Part shown: piece after piece, positions 62,905 through 64,000 of the stretch
Layout: every line of letters begins with the position of its first letter
Numbering within the stretch: position 1 is the stretch's first letter
Source of the DNA: an uncultured Clostridia bacterium
Lineage (GTDB): Bacteria; Bacillota; Clostridia; TANB77; CAG-465
Length of the DNA: 64,000 nt
Assembly (NCBI GenBank): GCA_944383015.1
Contig: CALWOC010000002.1
Span: 262,383-326,382 of the forward strand
Reading direction: 5' to 3'
Notes under the pieces: model-generated
Seen by the model: only the letters and a program-made list of their open reading frames with translations
Database searches by the model: none
Told to the model about the DNA's origin: nothing
Translations under genes and position numbers: made by a program

Positions 62905-63414
62905 ATGGAATTTATGAAAAAAGTAGAGGAGATTTCTAAAAAAGTAGGAGATACAGCATCTAATACATATAATACTGTTGCTGATAAATCAGGTAAATTA
63001 ATTGAGGAAACAAAATTAAAAATTTCAATTTCAGATAAAGAGACTGATATTGATGAAATTTATGAAGAAATCGGTAAAGCAATTTATACAACATATAAAT
63101 CTGGAGAAGATGTTGGAAAAGATTTTACTAAACAATGTAAAAAAATAGATAAATTAAATGATGAAATCAATGAGATGAATAAAAAAATTTTATTTAATAA
63201 AAATTTAAGGACATGTGAAAACTGTGGAGAAACAATTCCACTTGAGAGCAAATTTTGTACCAATTGTGGAGAAAAACAAAAACCAGTAAAAATAAAAGAA
63301 GAAAAGAAAGTTATAAAAAAAGATGAAGTGGAAGTTGAGAAAGTTTGTCCAGAATGTGGAGAAGTTTGCGAACCAACTGTTAAATTTTGTAATAAATGTG
63401 GTCATAAATTTTAG
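62905..63414 (+). CDS. zinc-ribbon domain protein with N-terminal coiled coil
   Basis: Two C-terminal CxxC...CxxC ribbons (CENCG...CTNCG; CPECG...CNKCG). Confidence 0.45.
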   Translation: MEFMKKVEEISKKVGDTASNTYNTVADKSGKLIEETKLKISISDKETDIDEIYEEIGKAIYTTYKSGEDVGKDFTKQCKKIDKLNDEINEMNKKILFNKNLRTCENCGETIPLESKFCTNCGEKQKPVKIKEEKKVIKKDEVEVEKVCPECGEVCEPTVKFCNKCGHKF

Positions 63415-63514
63415 TGATAAAAAAATAGCTAGTTATGAGAATAACTAGCTTTTTTTGTTGTTAAGTTTTATTAGTGTTATATAAGATAGTAAAATGTGGT
63501 TTAGGTGGTTGATT

Positions 63515-64000
63515 ATGAAAAAGAAAATAATAATATTGTTGCTTATTTTTTTATCGTTTAATATGGGGACCATATTTTTCTATTGTAAATATAATTCTAA
63601 TGAAGAACTGATGTTGACTAAAAAAGAGATATTTGATATTATTGATAATATAGAAGATATAGTTATAACTTCTATTTCAACAGATGGACAGAACTATTTG
63701 TCAGAGGAAAATAAATTAGATGCAACAATTTTATATATATTAGGTAACAAATCTAAATATCAAGAATATATTAGTAATGATTATAGTCAAGATTTGAGTT
63801 CAGAAATTATAAGTTTCGGTAAAATTGATTATAAAGTATTTTATAGTATAACTAAAGAGCTATTTGGGACTATTGATTATCCAATATATGAATATAAGTA
63901 TTTTGATAATGGTATGATTAATTTGAAAATTGAACCTTTTAATTATACATATTTTGATAAGAAAAATGTTCTAAGTCAAATTAAAGATGAAAATAGCTAT
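63515..64000 (+). CDS. partial CDS (5' part) of a secreted/membrane-anchored hypothetical protein, continues past the window end
   Basis: ATG at 63515 after RBS aggtgg; stop-free to position 64000; N-terminal hydrophobic segment KKIIILLLIFLSF. Confidence 0.4.
   Translation, partial: MKKKIIILLLIFLSFNMGTIFFYCKYNSNEELMLTKKEIFDIIDNIEDIVITSISTDGQNYLSEENKLDATILYILGNKSKYQEYISNDYSQDLSSEIISFGKIDYKVFYSITKELFGTIDYPIYEYKYFDNGMINLKIEPFNYTYFDKKNVLSQIKDENSY

Noticed and set aside
1-64000. CRISPR arrays, tRNA or rRNA genes
   Set aside because: No regularly spaced ~30-bp repeats and no GC-rich cloverleaf-like segments were seen. The only tandem repeats are the 11-bp triple at 29941-29974 and short direct repeats interpreted as protein-binding sites.

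Overview
This is a low-GC, spore-forming Firmicutes (Clostridia-like) chromosomal window. Left flank: XerC/XerD-type recombinase, sortase B, a spoIIAA/spoIIAB-like pair, hslO, rluD, rsuA/rluB, rpsU, ctpA, veg, a SipL-like LysM protein, yunB-like gene, a frameshifted def and a HAD hydrolase. Right flank: rpsI-rplM, an HDIG-EAL protein, recA (with LexA box), recX, deoD, scpA, a divergent GroES/GroEL-like pair, mrnC, spoVAC/AD/AEb, a DivIVA-domain protein, spoIIP, topA, trmFO, holA-like, gpr, dnaG, sigA and ctsR-mcsA-mcsB-clpC (with CtsR operator). The main feature is a ~17.2 kb integrated element (about 12937-30109) bounded by ~90 bp imperfect direct repeats (attL/attR). attR overlaps the 3' end and terminator of rpsI. 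The element carries a tyrosine integrase with an arm-binding N-terminal domain, an Xis-like gene, a primase-helicase-like replication protein and a cargo of mostly uncharacterised genes. Nested in the cargo are three copies of a ~42 bp direct repeat, one overlapping the 3' end of a small 189-aa tyrosine recombinase gene. The cargo also includes a WYL-domain regulator with two unknown small genes, and an XRE-repressor-controlled operon encoding a putative PD-(D/E)xK nuclease plus two zinc-ribbon membrane proteins (one with a parvulin PPIase domain, one with a SHOCT domain). That operon is a candidate novel defence or abortive-infection module. No tRNA, rRNA or CRISPR arrays were seen.
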